64,000 bases of DNA from positions 161,181-225,180 of the forward strand of contig NZ_CANPWG010000065.1 of the NCBI RefSeq assembly GCF_947581915.1. Direction: 5' to 3'. Under the pieces are notes generated by a model. It was not told the origin of the DNA. It was given only the letters and a program-made list of their open reading frames with translations, and did no database searches. This document shows positions 46,709 through 56,313 of the stretch, in pieces. Both the position numbers and the translations under genes were made by a program. The first letter of the stretch is position 1. Each line of letters starts with the position of its first letter. This stretch comes from Candidatus Palauibacter scopulicola. GTDB lineage: Bacteria > Gemmatimonadota > Gemmatimonadetes > Palauibacterales > Palauibacteraceae.

Positions 46709-48204
46709 ACTGGCTGACCTCGGCGGTCGGAGATCAACTGCCGGTCCTGCAGGTCGTCATTCCGCTCCTGGCGGCGCCGCTCTGCATCATCCTGCGGCGG
46801 CGCTCCCTGGTGCTGCCCTTCGCGATCATCGTGTGCTGGGCCGCGTTCGGCGTCTCCGTCGCGTTGCTCCAGGAGGTGCTCGAGGTCGGCGCCATCACCT
46901 ACGAACTGGGGGGCTGGGCCGCGCCGTGGGGCATCGAGTATCGCGTCGACGCCCTCGGCGCCTTCGTGCTTCTCTTCGTGTCGGGAATCGGCGCGCTCGT
47001 GCTGACCTATGCGCCGCGCAGTCTGATCGATGAGGTTCCCGCCGGCCGGCAATACCTCTTCTGCACGCTCTACCTGCTCTCCCTCACCGGCCTGCTCGGA
47101 ATCGCGATTACCGGCGACCTCTTCAACGTCTTCGTCTTCCTCGAGATTGCGGCGCTCTCCTCGTACGCCCTGATCGCGCTCGGAGGGCGCAGGCAGGCGC
47201 TGCCCGCGGCGTTCCAGTACCTGGTCATGGGTACGATCGGGGCCACGTTCATCCTCATCGGCATCGGTCTCATGTACCAGATGACCGGGACGCTGAACAT
47301 GGTCGACATGGCCGACCGGCTGCCCGCCGTCGAGGGCATGCGGACGGCGCTCGTCGCCTTCGGCTTCCTCACCGTGGGCATTGCCCTGAAGATGGCGCTC
47401 TTCCCGCTCCACGTCTGGCTGCCCAACGCCTACGCGTACGCGCCGTCCGTCGTCAGCGCCTTTATCGCGGCGACCTCGACCAAGGTCTCCGTCTACATCC
47501 TGCTGCGCTTCATGTTCAGCGTGTTCGGGCTCGAATTCTCGTTCGAGCACCTCGGGCTGGGGCGCGCGCTCATGCCGCTCGCCCTGGCCGGGATCTTCGT
47601 GGCCTCCACGGTCGCGATCTTTCAGCGCAACATTAAGCGGATGCTCGCCTATTCGTCGGTGGCCCAGGTCGGATACATGGTCCTGGGAATCAGCTTCGCG
47701 ACGGCGACCGGGCTCACCGGGGGCATCGTCCACCTGTTCAACCACGCGCTCATCAAGGGCGGGCTCTTCATGGCCATGGGGTGCATCATGCTGCGGCTGC
47801 ACTCCGTCGACCTCGATGACATGGCCGGGATCGGACGCGCGATGCCGTGGACGATGGCCGCGTGGGCGCTCGGTGGCCTCGGCCTCATCGGGGTCCCGGC
47901 GACGGCGGGCTTCATCAGCAAGTGGTACCTCATCGAGGCGGCGTTGGAGCAGGGCAGCGTCCTCGTCGCGGTCCTCCTGCTCCTCAGTTCGCTGCTGGCC
48001 CTCGTCTACGTGTGGCGCGTGGTCGAGACCGCCTTCTTCCACGAACCGAGCGAGCGGGCGCGCGAGGCGCGCGAGGCGCCGCTTTCGATGCTGGTCCCGA
48101 CGTGGGTGCTGCTCGGCGCGACGGTCTTTTTCGGCATCTACACGGCGTACTCGGCGGGCGTGGCGGAGCAGGCGGCGGAGGCCGTGCTCGGCGGGCTCCG
48201 GTGA
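46705..48204 (+). CDS. mrpD: Mrp-type antiporter subunit D (NuoN/M-like)
   Basis: Proton-pumping NuoL/M/N family motifs (LFNVFVFLEIAALSSYALI, HLFNHALIKGGLFMAMG); 499 aa. Confidence 0.85.
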   Translation: MNWLTSAVGDQLPVLQVVIPLLAAPLCIILRRRSLVLPFAIIVCWAAFGVSVALLQEVLEVGAITYELGGWAAPWGIEYRVDALGAFVLLFVSGIGALVLTYAPRSLIDEVPAGRQYLFCTLYLLSLTGLLGIAITGDLFNVFVFLEIAALSSYALIALGGRRQALPAAFQYLVMGTIGATFILIGIGLMYQMTGTLNMVDMADRLPAVEGMRTALVAFGFLTVGIALKMALFPLHVWLPNAYAYAPSVVSAFIAATSTKVSVYILLRFMFSVFGLEFSFEHLGLGRALMPLALAGIFVASTVAIFQRNIKRMLAYSSVAQVGYMVLGISFATATGLTGGIVHLFNHALIKGGLFMAMGCIMLRLHSVDLDDMAGIGRAMPWTMAAWALGGLGLIGVPATAGFISKWYLIEAALEQGSVLVAVLLLLSSLLALVYVWRVVETAFFHEPSERAREAREAPLSMLVPTWVLLGATVFFGIYTAYSAGVAEQAAEAVLGGLR

Positions 48205-49667
48205 GCGGCATGGTGCCGCTGTACTGGGCGCTGGCGATCCCGCTCGCCGGCGCCGTGCTCATCGCCCTGTTCGGCCGCTGGCCCAACATCCGGGAAGCCG
48301 TCACGCTCGCCACCGGCGCGGCGCTCTTCTGGTTCGTCGCGTCGCTCCTGCCGCACGTCCTTGCCGGCGCGACCCCCGGGGTGCTCATGGTGCGGCTGCT
48401 TCCCGGCGGCCTCTCCCTCGTGCTCCGGCTGGAGCCCCTCGGGATGCTCTTCGCCCTGGTCGCGGCCGGGCTCTGGATCGTCACTTCGCTGTACTCGATC
48501 GGCTACATGCGGGGACACGCGGAGGTGCACCAGACGCGGTTCTACGTCTGTTTCGCGGTCTCCATTTGCGCCGCCATGGGCGTGGCGCTCGCGGGCAACC
48601 TGCTCACGCTGTTCCTCTTCTATGAGGTGCTGACGCTCTCGACCTACCCGCTCGTCTCGCACCACGGGACGCCGAAGGCGATGAAGGGCGCCCGCACGTA
48701 TCTGGGCATCCTCGTCACCACATCCGTCGCGTTTCTGCTCCTCGCGGTCGCGTGGACCTGGGTGCTCGCCGGCACGCTCGACTTCCGCGTCGGGGGGATC
48801 CTGGCCGGCCAGGCGAGCGACGGCGTGCTCCTCGTCCTGCTCGCGCTCTTCGTGTTCGGGACGGGGAAGGCCGCCCTCATGCCGGTCCATCGCTGGCTGC
48901 CCGCCGCCATGGTCGCGCCGACGCCCGTGAGCGCGCTCCTGCACGCGGTCGCGGTCGTGAAGGCCGGCGTGTTCACGATCATGAAGGTCGTCATCTACAT
49001 CTTCGGTCTCGACCTGCTGAGCGCGACCGGGATCAGCGTGTGGCTCATGTACGCCGCCGGCTTCACCGTCATCGCGGGCTCGCTCGTGGCCATGGCGCAG
49101 GACAATCTCAAGCGGCGCCTCGCATATTCCACGGTGAGCCAGCTCTCCTACATCGTCCTCGGGGCGGCGCTCGCGAACGCCTGGGGCGTGGTCGGCGGCA
49201 GCATGCACATCCTCATGCACGCCTTCGGCAAGATCACCCTCTTCTTCTGCGCCGGCGCGATCTACGTCGCGGCGCACAAGACGGAGATCAGCGACATGCG
49301 CGGGCTGGGCCGCGCGATGCCGATCACGATGGCGGCCTTCCTCATCGGGGCCCTCAGCGTCATCGGCGTCCCGCCCCTCGGCGGGAGCTGGAGCAAGTGG
49401 TACCTGGCACTCGGGGCGCTCGACGCCGGGCAGATCCTCTTCGTCGCCGTCCTCATGGTCAGTTCGCTGCTGAACATCGCGTACCTCGTCCCGATCCCCA
49501 TCCGGGCGTTCTTCTCGAAACCCGCCGACGGGTCGGACCCGCCGCGCTTCAAGGAGGCGCCGGCGTTCTGCGTCGCGGCGCTCTCGTTCACGGCGGTCGG
49601 CTGCATCGTCCTCTTTTTCCTCGCGGACGATGTGTACCGCCTGCTCGTCCCCCTGGGCGGAGGGTAA
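48201..49667 (+). CDS. second NuoL/M/N-family antiporter-like subunit (MrpA N-terminal / MrpD paralog)
   Basis: FLFYEVLTLSTYPLV, LHAVAVVKAGVFTIMKV, ILMHAFGKITLFFCAG; ~488 aa. GTGA overlap with mrpD. Confidence 0.8.
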   Translation: MSGMVPLYWALAIPLAGAVLIALFGRWPNIREAVTLATGAALFWFVASLLPHVLAGATPGVLMVRLLPGGLSLVLRLEPLGMLFALVAAGLWIVTSLYSIGYMRGHAEVHQTRFYVCFAVSICAAMGVALAGNLLTLFLFYEVLTLSTYPLVSHHGTPKAMKGARTYLGILVTTSVAFLLLAVAWTWVLAGTLDFRVGGILAGQASDGVLLVLLALFVFGTGKAALMPVHRWLPAAMVAPTPVSALLHAVAVVKAGVFTIMKVVIYIFGLDLLSATGISVWLMYAAGFTVIAGSLVAMAQDNLKRRLAYSTVSQLSYIVLGAALANAWGVVGGSMHILMHAFGKITLFFCAGAIYVAAHKTEISDMRGLGRAMPITMAAFLIGALSVIGVPPLGGSWSKWYLALGALDAGQILFVAVLMVSSLLNIAYLVPIPIRAFFSKPADGSDPPRFKEAPAFCVAALSFTAVGCIVLFFLADDVYRLLVPLGGG

Positions 49668-49670
49668 GCC

Positions 49671-49982
49671 ATGGCCGCTGACACGCACGACACGGGCGGA
49701 CGGACGAAGGACCGGGGCCGGCACTACTTCGACGATCCGAAGCGCTGGAAGCGCCTGATCGCGATCCTGGTCGTGGTGTGCGGCGTGCTGTTCGCGCTCG
49801 ACTTCGTGAATTTCCTGCAGCAGCGAATGGGGTGGTGGGAGTTGCGCCACCCGGAGCGCGACTGGGAGGGCCTGCCGCCCTTCTACGCGGTCTACGGCTT
49901 CCTCGCGTACACGGCGATCGTCTACACCGCCAAGCTGCTCCGGAAGGGCGTAATGCGGGACGAGGACTACTATGATCGGTAG
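49671..49982 (+). CDS. small two-TM membrane protein, hypothetical
   Basis: 103-aa ORF between two antiporter-subunit genes, with a good hydrophobic core (LIAILVVVCGVLFALDFVNFL...FYAVYGFLAYTAIVYTAKLL). Confidence 0.45.
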   Translation: MAADTHDTGGRTKDRGRHYFDDPKRWKRLIAILVVVCGVLFALDFVNFLQQRMGWWELRHPERDWEGLPPFYAVYGFLAYTAIVYTAKLLRKGVMRDEDYYDR

Positions 49983-51714
49983 CCTTCCTCCCGCCGCGAT
50001 CATGATCCTCGGGGCGTTGCTCGTCCCCCTCCTCCGGGGCCGTGCGCGCACGGGCTGGGTCCTCCTCCTGCCCGTCGCGAGCCTCGCCGCCCTTCTCGCG
50101 GTGGGCGAAGGAGAGTTCGGGCAGATCTCGATCTTCTCGTACGAGCTGACGCTCGTCCGGATCGACGGGCTGAGCCGGATCTTCGGGTGGCTCTTCCACA
50201 TCGCGGCCTTCATCGGGCTCATCTTCGCGCGGCGCGGAGGGAGCGCGCTGGAAGATGCCGCGGCGCTGGTCTACGCGGGCGCCGCCATCGGAGCCGTGCA
50301 GGCCGGCGACCTGATCACGCTCTTCGTCTTCTGGGAGCTTCTGGCCCTGAGTTCCGTCTTTCTGGTGTGGGCGCGCGGCACGGAACGTTCCTACCGGGCG
50401 GGGATCCGCTACCTGATCGTGCAGGTCGGCTCCGGGGTCGTCCTCCTGGCCGGCATCATCGCCCACGCGCGGGCCACGGGCTCCGTCGCCTTCGACCACC
50501 TGGGGACGGGGACCCTGGCGACGGGGACGCTGGGGACGAACCTCATCCTCCTCGGAATCGGCATCAAGGCGGCCTTCCCGCTGCTGCACAACTGGCTCAC
50601 GGACGCCTATCCCGAGGCCACCTACAGCGGCGCCGTCTTCCTGAGTGCGTTCACGACCAAGGTCGCCGTTTACGCCCTGGCGCGGGGATACCAGGGCGAG
50701 GAGCTGCTGATCTGGGTCGGCGTTGTCATGACGATGTTCCCGATCTTCTACGCCGTGATCGAGAACGATCTGCGCCGGGTGCTCGGATACAGCATGATCA
50801 ACCAGATCGGCTTCATGGTCTGCGGCGTCGGAATCGGCACCGAGATGGCCGTGAACGGGGCGGTTGCGCACGCCTTCAACGACGTGCTCTTCAAGGGGCT
50901 CCTCTTCATGTCGACGGGGGCGCTGCTCTACCGCGCGGGCACGACGAAGTGCAGCGAGCTGGGCGGACTCTACAAGAGCATGCCGAAGACGGCGGGTTTG
51001 TGCGTCGTCGGCGCCGCCTCCATCTCCGCCTTCCCGCTGTTCAGCGGGTTCGTGAGCAAGTCGATGGTGATGGCGGCGGCGCTGGAGATGAACCTCGACA
51101 TCGTGTGGCTCTTCCTCCTGTTCGCCTCGGCCGGCGTGCTGCACCACGCGGGGATCAAGATCCCGTTCTACGGCTTCTTCGGGCCCGATTCCGGGATCCG
51201 CACGAAGGAGGCGCCGACGAGTATGCTCATCGCGATGGGGATGGCGGCCTTCCTGTGCATCCTCAACGGGTCGTGGCCAACGCTGTTCCTGTATCCGAAC
51301 CTGCCGTACGAGGTGACGTACGTGCCGTTCACCCCCGCGCACGTGATCAGCCAGCTGCAGCTGCTCTTCTTCGCCGTGCTCGCCTTCGTGTGGCTGCGGC
51401 TCACCGACCGGGAACCGCACGAGCTGCCGTCGACGAACCTCGACGCGGACTGGTTCTATCGCCGATTCGGCAGGGGGCTGGCGCTCGCGGCGGGGGGCGT
51501 CTCGTCGCGGCTGCGGGAAGCCGTCGCGGCGCGCACCGTGGTCGCGGCCGGCGACGTGATCGGATCGGCCAGGCGCTACATGGGCCCGAGCGGCGTGTTG
51601 GGGCGTACCTGGCCCACCGGAGTCTCCGTCATATGGGTTGCGATCCTGCTCCTGGTGTTCCTGCTCCTCTACTACGCGACTACGCCCGTCACGAACGCCC
51701 TCCCGCCGCCATGA
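49972..51714 (+). CDS. third NuoL/M/N-family antiporter-like subunit
   Basis: LFVFWELLALSSVFLV, HAFNDVLFKGLLFMSTGALL; 580 aa. Confidence 0.8.
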   Translation: MIGSLPPAAIMILGALLVPLLRGRARTGWVLLLPVASLAALLAVGEGEFGQISIFSYELTLVRIDGLSRIFGWLFHIAAFIGLIFARRGGSALEDAAALVYAGAAIGAVQAGDLITLFVFWELLALSSVFLVWARGTERSYRAGIRYLIVQVGSGVVLLAGIIAHARATGSVAFDHLGTGTLATGTLGTNLILLGIGIKAAFPLLHNWLTDAYPEATYSGAVFLSAFTTKVAVYALARGYQGEELLIWVGVVMTMFPIFYAVIENDLRRVLGYSMINQIGFMVCGVGIGTEMAVNGAVAHAFNDVLFKGLLFMSTGALLYRAGTTKCSELGGLYKSMPKTAGLCVVGAASISAFPLFSGFVSKSMVMAAALEMNLDIVWLFLLFASAGVLHHAGIKIPFYGFFGPDSGIRTKEAPTSMLIAMGMAAFLCILNGSWPTLFLYPNLPYEVTYVPFTPAHVISQLQLLFFAVLAFVWLRLTDREPHELPSTNLDADWFYRRFGRGLALAAGGVSSRLREAVAARTVVAAGDVIGSARRYMGPSGVLGRTWPTGVSVIWVAILLLVFLLLYYATTPVTNALPPP

Positions 51715-52151
51715 CGGAGTCCGGCGCGGCGCGGACCGACGGGGCTCGGGATGCGGGCGCGCGGGCCCTGATCGAGTCCATCCTCGCCGACTCGGAGGCG
51801 ATCGTCGCGCTCGGCGTCACGCTCGAAGAACTGGGCGACGACACCGCCGTCCTCCGGATGACCATGCGTCCCGACCTTACCCGAGACGGCACGATGTACC
51901 ACGGCGGTCCGGTCGCCTCGCTGATCGACATCGCCGGGGACATGGTCGTCGCCGTGCGGGCCGGAGGCGGCGTCCCGACGATTTCGCTGCGGGTCGACTA
52001 CCTGCGCCCCTGCACCGGCCCGTACCTGCTGGCCACGGCCCGTTTGCGGCGTCACGGCCGTACGATCTCGGTGTCGGACGTCGACGTGCACGACGATCAG
52101 GGGCGCCTCTGCGCGGTCGGACGGGGGACCTACTCGTCGCTGGCGGGCTGA
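51711..52151 (+). CDS. PaaI-family hotdog thioesterase
   Basis: MYHGGPVASLIDIAGDMVV...ISLRVDYLRP, the PaaI/4HBT-II pattern; ATGA coupling to the upstream gene. Confidence 0.8.
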   Translation: MTESGAARTDGARDAGARALIESILADSEAIVALGVTLEELGDDTAVLRMTMRPDLTRDGTMYHGGPVASLIDIAGDMVVAVRAGGGVPTISLRVDYLRPCTGPYLLATARLRRHGRTISVSDVDVHDDQGRLCAVGRGTYSSLAG

Positions 52152-52155
52152 TGCG

Positions 52156-53166
52156 GTGAGGGCGGTCCTCTACGACGGGCACGGCGACGCCGACGAACTC
52201 TACCTGGGCGAGGTCCCGGACCCCGAACCCGCTCCCGGCGAAGCCCTGGTCCGGATCCGCGCCTGCGGGCTCAACGGCTTCGACCCGATGATGCTCGGCG
52301 GCACGACGGGGCTGCGGGTCCCGCTCCCCATGACGCCGTGCGGCGACGCGGCGGGAGAGATCGCGGGCTTCGGGGCCGGGACGGACGCGGCCGGACGGCG
52401 GGTCGGGGACCGCGTTCTGATCGACCCGTTGATCGAAGGCCGCGGCATGCTGGGCGAGAAGGCTCCGGGCGCGGCCGCCGAGTACCTTGCCGTCCCTCTC
52501 GGCAACCTGCTGCCGATCCCCGAAGGCGTCTCGTTCGAGCAGGCCGCAGCCCTGCCCGTCGCGTACGGGACCGCCCTGCGCATGATCGAGGACCGCGCCC
52601 GGGTGCAGGCGGGCGAGACCGTGCTGATCCTGGGCGCGACCGGCGGCGTGGGCTGTGGCTGCGTCCAGCTCTGCAAGCGAATCGGGGCGCGGATCATCGC
52701 CACCGGCGGCTCCGGACGGAAACTGGAACGGCTCCGCGCGCTGGGTGCGGACCACGTGCTGCCCTCCGACTCCGCCGAACTCGTGAGGCGGGTGCGGGCG
52801 ATCGCGGGCCGGCCCCGCTACCACGATCCCGACGCCGGCGGCGTGGACGTCGTGATCAACTACATCGGCGGGGCCTCGTGGGCCGCCAGCCTGAGGATGC
52901 TGCGCTTTCAGGGCCGCATGGTCACCTGCGGGGCGACCGCCGGCTACGACCCGCGAACGGACATCCGCTACATCTGGAGCTTCGAGCAGTCGATCGTCGG
53001 ATCGGACGGGTGGAGCCGCGAGGGGCTGGCGCGGCTGCTCGACATGGTGGCCGGGGGCGAACTCGACCCGGTGATCCACGCCGTCAGACCGGTCGGCGAG
53101 GTCCGCACCGCGATGCGCGAACTGATGGAGCGCGCCGTATTCGGCAAATCGATCCTGACTCCGTGA
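52156..53166 (+). CDS. zinc-type alcohol dehydrogenase / quinone oxidoreductase (MDR superfamily)
   Basis: MDR/GroES-like N-terminus plus a Rossmann fold (VLILGATGGVGCGCVQLCKRIGARIIAT). Confidence 0.85.
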   Translation: MRAVLYDGHGDADELYLGEVPDPEPAPGEALVRIRACGLNGFDPMMLGGTTGLRVPLPMTPCGDAAGEIAGFGAGTDAAGRRVGDRVLIDPLIEGRGMLGEKAPGAAAEYLAVPLGNLLPIPEGVSFEQAAALPVAYGTALRMIEDRARVQAGETVLILGATGGVGCGCVQLCKRIGARIIATGGSGRKLERLRALGADHVLPSDSAELVRRVRAIAGRPRYHDPDAGGVDVVINYIGGASWAASLRMLRFQGRMVTCGATAGYDPRTDIRYIWSFEQSIVGSDGWSREGLARLLDMVAGGELDPVIHAVRPVGEVRTAMRELMERAVFGKSILTP

Positions 53167-54500
53167 ACTACCCGATCGCCCGCAAGATCCCGCGGGCGGT
53201 CCTGGACGCCGAAGCCGACCGGCTGGCGGCGCTCGCCGACGCTCCTTTGCACCGGAAGCTCGGCGGCTACGCCCGCCTGGCCGGGCCGGGGTTCATGGGC
53301 GCGGCGCTCACGCTCGGCGCCGGTACGCTCACCTCCTCGATGCTGTCGGGCGCCACGTTCGGGTACCGCACGCTGTGGCTGATCTGGCTGAGCGCGGGGC
53401 TGGGCCTGTTCATGATGGCCGCGATGGCCCGTTTCACCTGCAGGGGCGGCTTCCGCGTGATCCCGGTACAGAACCGGCGCCACTCCTGGGTCATCGGGTC
53501 GCTGATGACCGGACTCGTCGGCACGGCTGCGGTCGCCGTGATCTTCAACTTCGGCCAGGTCGCCCTCGGCACCCATCTCATCGAGTCGCTGGCACCGTTC
53601 GCCGGCTTCACATTCCCCGCCGAGTACAACTGGCTCATGTACTGTGGGGTCACGAGCGCGCTCATCCTCAGCTACGGGCGTCGGGGAGGCCGGGGGACGC
53701 GGCTTGTCGAGGCGGTCATGAAGAGCGGCATCGCCGTCATGATCCTCGCTTTCGGAGCCGTCCTGCTGCTCGTGGGCGTCGACTGGGGCGCGGCGGCGCG
53801 CGGCTTCTTCGTGCCGTGGTTGCCTGGCGGCGGGGAGGGCCTGGATCTCTTCATCGCGTCGTCCGCCGCCGCCGTCGGCGTCATGGACTGGGTCTTCTTC
53901 CACTACGCGGGCCTCGGCCGCGGCTGGGGGCGGAAGCACGAATCGCTGGCCCGCTTCGACCTGATCGCCGGGCTCTTCCTCCCGTTCGTGGTCATCAACT
54001 TCCTGGTGATCGGAGTGTTCGCGGCGACGCTGTTTCCGCAGGGGATCACGCCGGACTCCGCGCCCGCACTGGCGGCCGCGCTCATGCCGCTCCTCGGGCC
54101 CACATGGTCGCAGATCCTCTTCTACGCGGGCTTCCTGGCCGTGCCGATCACGACGACGGTCGGGATGAGTCTGGCCGGGGCCATGGCCGTCCACGAGGCC
54201 TTCGGCTGGGAGCCCGACACGTCGTCGTGGCGCTGGAAGGTCAGCGCCCTGCTGCCGCAGATCGCCTTCCTTGCCGCATGGAACGCCCGTCCGGTCTGGC
54301 TCGTGATCGCGATCGCGGCCTTTCTCTCGCTGGCGAACAACGTCGTCGGATGGTCGATGTACCTGCTGCTGAACGACCGCGAACTCCTCGGCGCGGACCG
54401 CTGCCGGTCGTACCTGTGGAACCTCGGAATCCTGCTCCAGGTCACCCTCCTGAACGCGATCGCCGTCACGTACGTCTTCAACCGGCTGGGGTGGTGGTGA
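53163..54500 (+). CDS. mntH: NRAMP-family divalent metal cation transporter (MntH-like)
   Basis: GPGFMGAALTLGAGTLTSS (NRAMP consensus motif region), polytopic, ~445 aa from GTG 53163 (GTGA overlap). Confidence 0.8.
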   Translation: MNYPIARKIPRAVLDAEADRLAALADAPLHRKLGGYARLAGPGFMGAALTLGAGTLTSSMLSGATFGYRTLWLIWLSAGLGLFMMAAMARFTCRGGFRVIPVQNRRHSWVIGSLMTGLVGTAAVAVIFNFGQVALGTHLIESLAPFAGFTFPAEYNWLMYCGVTSALILSYGRRGGRGTRLVEAVMKSGIAVMILAFGAVLLLVGVDWGAAARGFFVPWLPGGGEGLDLFIASSAAAVGVMDWVFFHYAGLGRGWGRKHESLARFDLIAGLFLPFVVINFLVIGVFAATLFPQGITPDSAPALAAALMPLLGPTWSQILFYAGFLAVPITTTVGMSLAGAMAVHEAFGWEPDTSSWRWKVSALLPQIAFLAAWNARPVWLVIAIAAFLSLANNVVGWSMYLLLNDRELLGADRCRSYLWNLGILLQVTLLNAIAVTYVFNRLGWW

Positions 54501-54724
54501 TGGGCGCCGTCGACCGGCTACTCGAACGACGGGCCGGGCCGTGGTCCGGGCGGGTCTGGGGACTGCTCCTCAACCTGGTCGCGAACGCCGTGGCGCTGTG
54601 GGGCGTCTCGTCGGTCATGCGGACCGGCGACGGCTGGACGTGGGTCGCCGTCGGCTGCGCGGCCACGGTCGTTTGCATCGCCGTGCTCGCGCGCCCCTCG
54701 CGGTCCCCGGGGTCGGAGGAGTGA
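54500..54724 (+). CDS. small membrane protein, hypothetical (74 aa)
   Basis: Two hydrophobic segments, packed between mntH and the acyl-CoA synthetase with 4-nt overlaps. Weak support. Confidence 0.3.
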   Translation: MGAVDRLLERRAGPWSGRVWGLLLNLVANAVALWGVSSVMRTGDGWTWVAVGCAATVVCIAVLARPSRSPGSEE

Positions 54725-56313
54725 GCGGCGCCGGGCGGAGCGACCGATCCCGCGGCCGCGATTCCAACCTCGGATACTGGCTCCGCGACGCCGCCGAGGC
54801 CTTCCCGGGCCGGGTCGCGCTCATCGACCTTTCGGGCCCCGTCCCCCGCGAAGTCACGTACGCCGAAATCGACGAGCGGATGGATCGCGTGGCGAACCTC
54901 CTCTCGGATGCCGGCATCGGGGCGGGCGACCGCTTCGTTCTGAGCGTCGGCAACCGCTTCGAGTTCGTCGAGATCCTCTTCGGAGGCATGCGCTGCGGAG
55001 CCGTCCCCGTTCCGCTCAACTTCAAGCTGTCGGAGGACTCGCTCGCGCACATCGTCCGGGACGCGGCCTGCCGGGCCGCCTTCGTCGAGACCGCGGCGAC
55101 CGAGCGCTCGGTCGCGGTCGTCGAACGGTTGGGGATCGAGAGAAGGTGGGACGTCGGCGGCGACGGCATGGGGGGCGAGCGGGGAGGCGCCGGCTGGCTG
55201 GACTACGAGAGCGCCCTCGCGGGATCGTCGCCCCGGTTCGATCCCCCGCGGCTCGATGCCCGCCGCCCGGCGTTCCAGCCCTACACGTCGGGGTCGACGG
55301 GCAAGCCCAAGGGCGTCGTCCTCTCCCACGAGGGCCAACTCTGGTGGGTGCGCTGCCTGCGGAAGTACTGGCCGGCCGACCCCGGCGACCGGGCTCTCGT
55401 CGCCGTACCCCTCTACCACAAGAACGCGATGGCCGGGGCCATCAAGCCCCTGCTGCAGGCCGGGGCCTCGGTCGTGATTCTGCCCGGCTTCTCCCCGGAA
55501 CCGTTTCTTCGGGCCCTCAGCGGGTACCGCTGTACGCAGGTGGGCGCCGTCCCCGCCGTGTTCGCGATGGTCCTGGATCGGATGGATCTGATCGAGAAGC
55601 TCGATTTCTCGGCGCTTCGGAAGGTCACGCTGGGCTCCGCCCCGGTGCAGCCCGAACTGATGGACGCGGTCGAGCGCGCGTTCGACATCGAAGTCGGCGA
55701 GAGCTACGGGCTCACCGAAGGCGGGCCGGTCATGATCGGACCTGGGCCCGACGGACGCCCGACCCCGAGGGGAAGCTGCGGCGCGGCGTGGCCCGAGGGA
55801 GAGATCAAGCTCGTGCGCGATGGCAGCGAAGATCCGGAGTACGGAGAGCTATGGGTCCGGAATCCCGGCGTCACGACGGGCTATCACAATCTGCCCGAGG
55901 TGAACGCGGCCCGGATCCGGGACGGCTGGCTCGCCACGGGCGACCTCTTCTTCCGCGACGGGGAGGGCTTCTACTACTTCCGCGGCCGCACCGACGACAT
56001 GTTCAACTCCGGCGGCGAGAACATCTATCCCAAGGAGGTGGAGGACCTGCTGCTCTCCCATCCCGATGTCCGTGACGCGACCGTCGTGCCCGTGCCCCAC
56101 GCCCTCAAGGGTGCGGTCCCGGCCGCGGTGGTCCGGCTCAGAACCGAGGCGACCGTCACGGCCGAATCCCTCAAGCGGTACACGCTCGAGCGGGGACCCG
56201 CCTATGCGCACCCCCGTCGCATCGCGATCGTGGAGGAGATGCCGCTCACCGGCGTGGGGAAGGTCGACCGGGCGGCGATCCTCGGCGTGCTGGGAGACGG
56301 CGGCGCGGGGTGA
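54721..56313 (+). CDS. AMP-dependent acyl-CoA synthetase/ligase (ANL superfamily)
   Basis: AMP-binding motif YTSGSTGKPKGV, plus GYGLTEGG, GDLFFRDGEGFYYFRGRTDD and IYPKEVE. Confidence 0.85.
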   Translation: MSGAGRSDRSRGRDSNLGYWLRDAAEAFPGRVALIDLSGPVPREVTYAEIDERMDRVANLLSDAGIGAGDRFVLSVGNRFEFVEILFGGMRCGAVPVPLNFKLSEDSLAHIVRDAACRAAFVETAATERSVAVVERLGIERRWDVGGDGMGGERGGAGWLDYESALAGSSPRFDPPRLDARRPAFQPYTSGSTGKPKGVVLSHEGQLWWVRCLRKYWPADPGDRALVAVPLYHKNAMAGAIKPLLQAGASVVILPGFSPEPFLRALSGYRCTQVGAVPAVFAMVLDRMDLIEKLDFSALRKVTLGSAPVQPELMDAVERAFDIEVGESYGLTEGGPVMIGPGPDGRPTPRGSCGAAWPEGEIKLVRDGSEDPEYGELWVRNPGVTTGYHNLPEVNAARIRDGWLATGDLFFRDGEGFYYFRGRTDDMFNSGGENIYPKEVEDLLLSHPDVRDATVVPVPHALKGAVPAAVVRLRTEATVTAESLKRYTLERGPAYAHPRRIAIVEEMPLTGVGKVDRAAILGVLGDGGAG

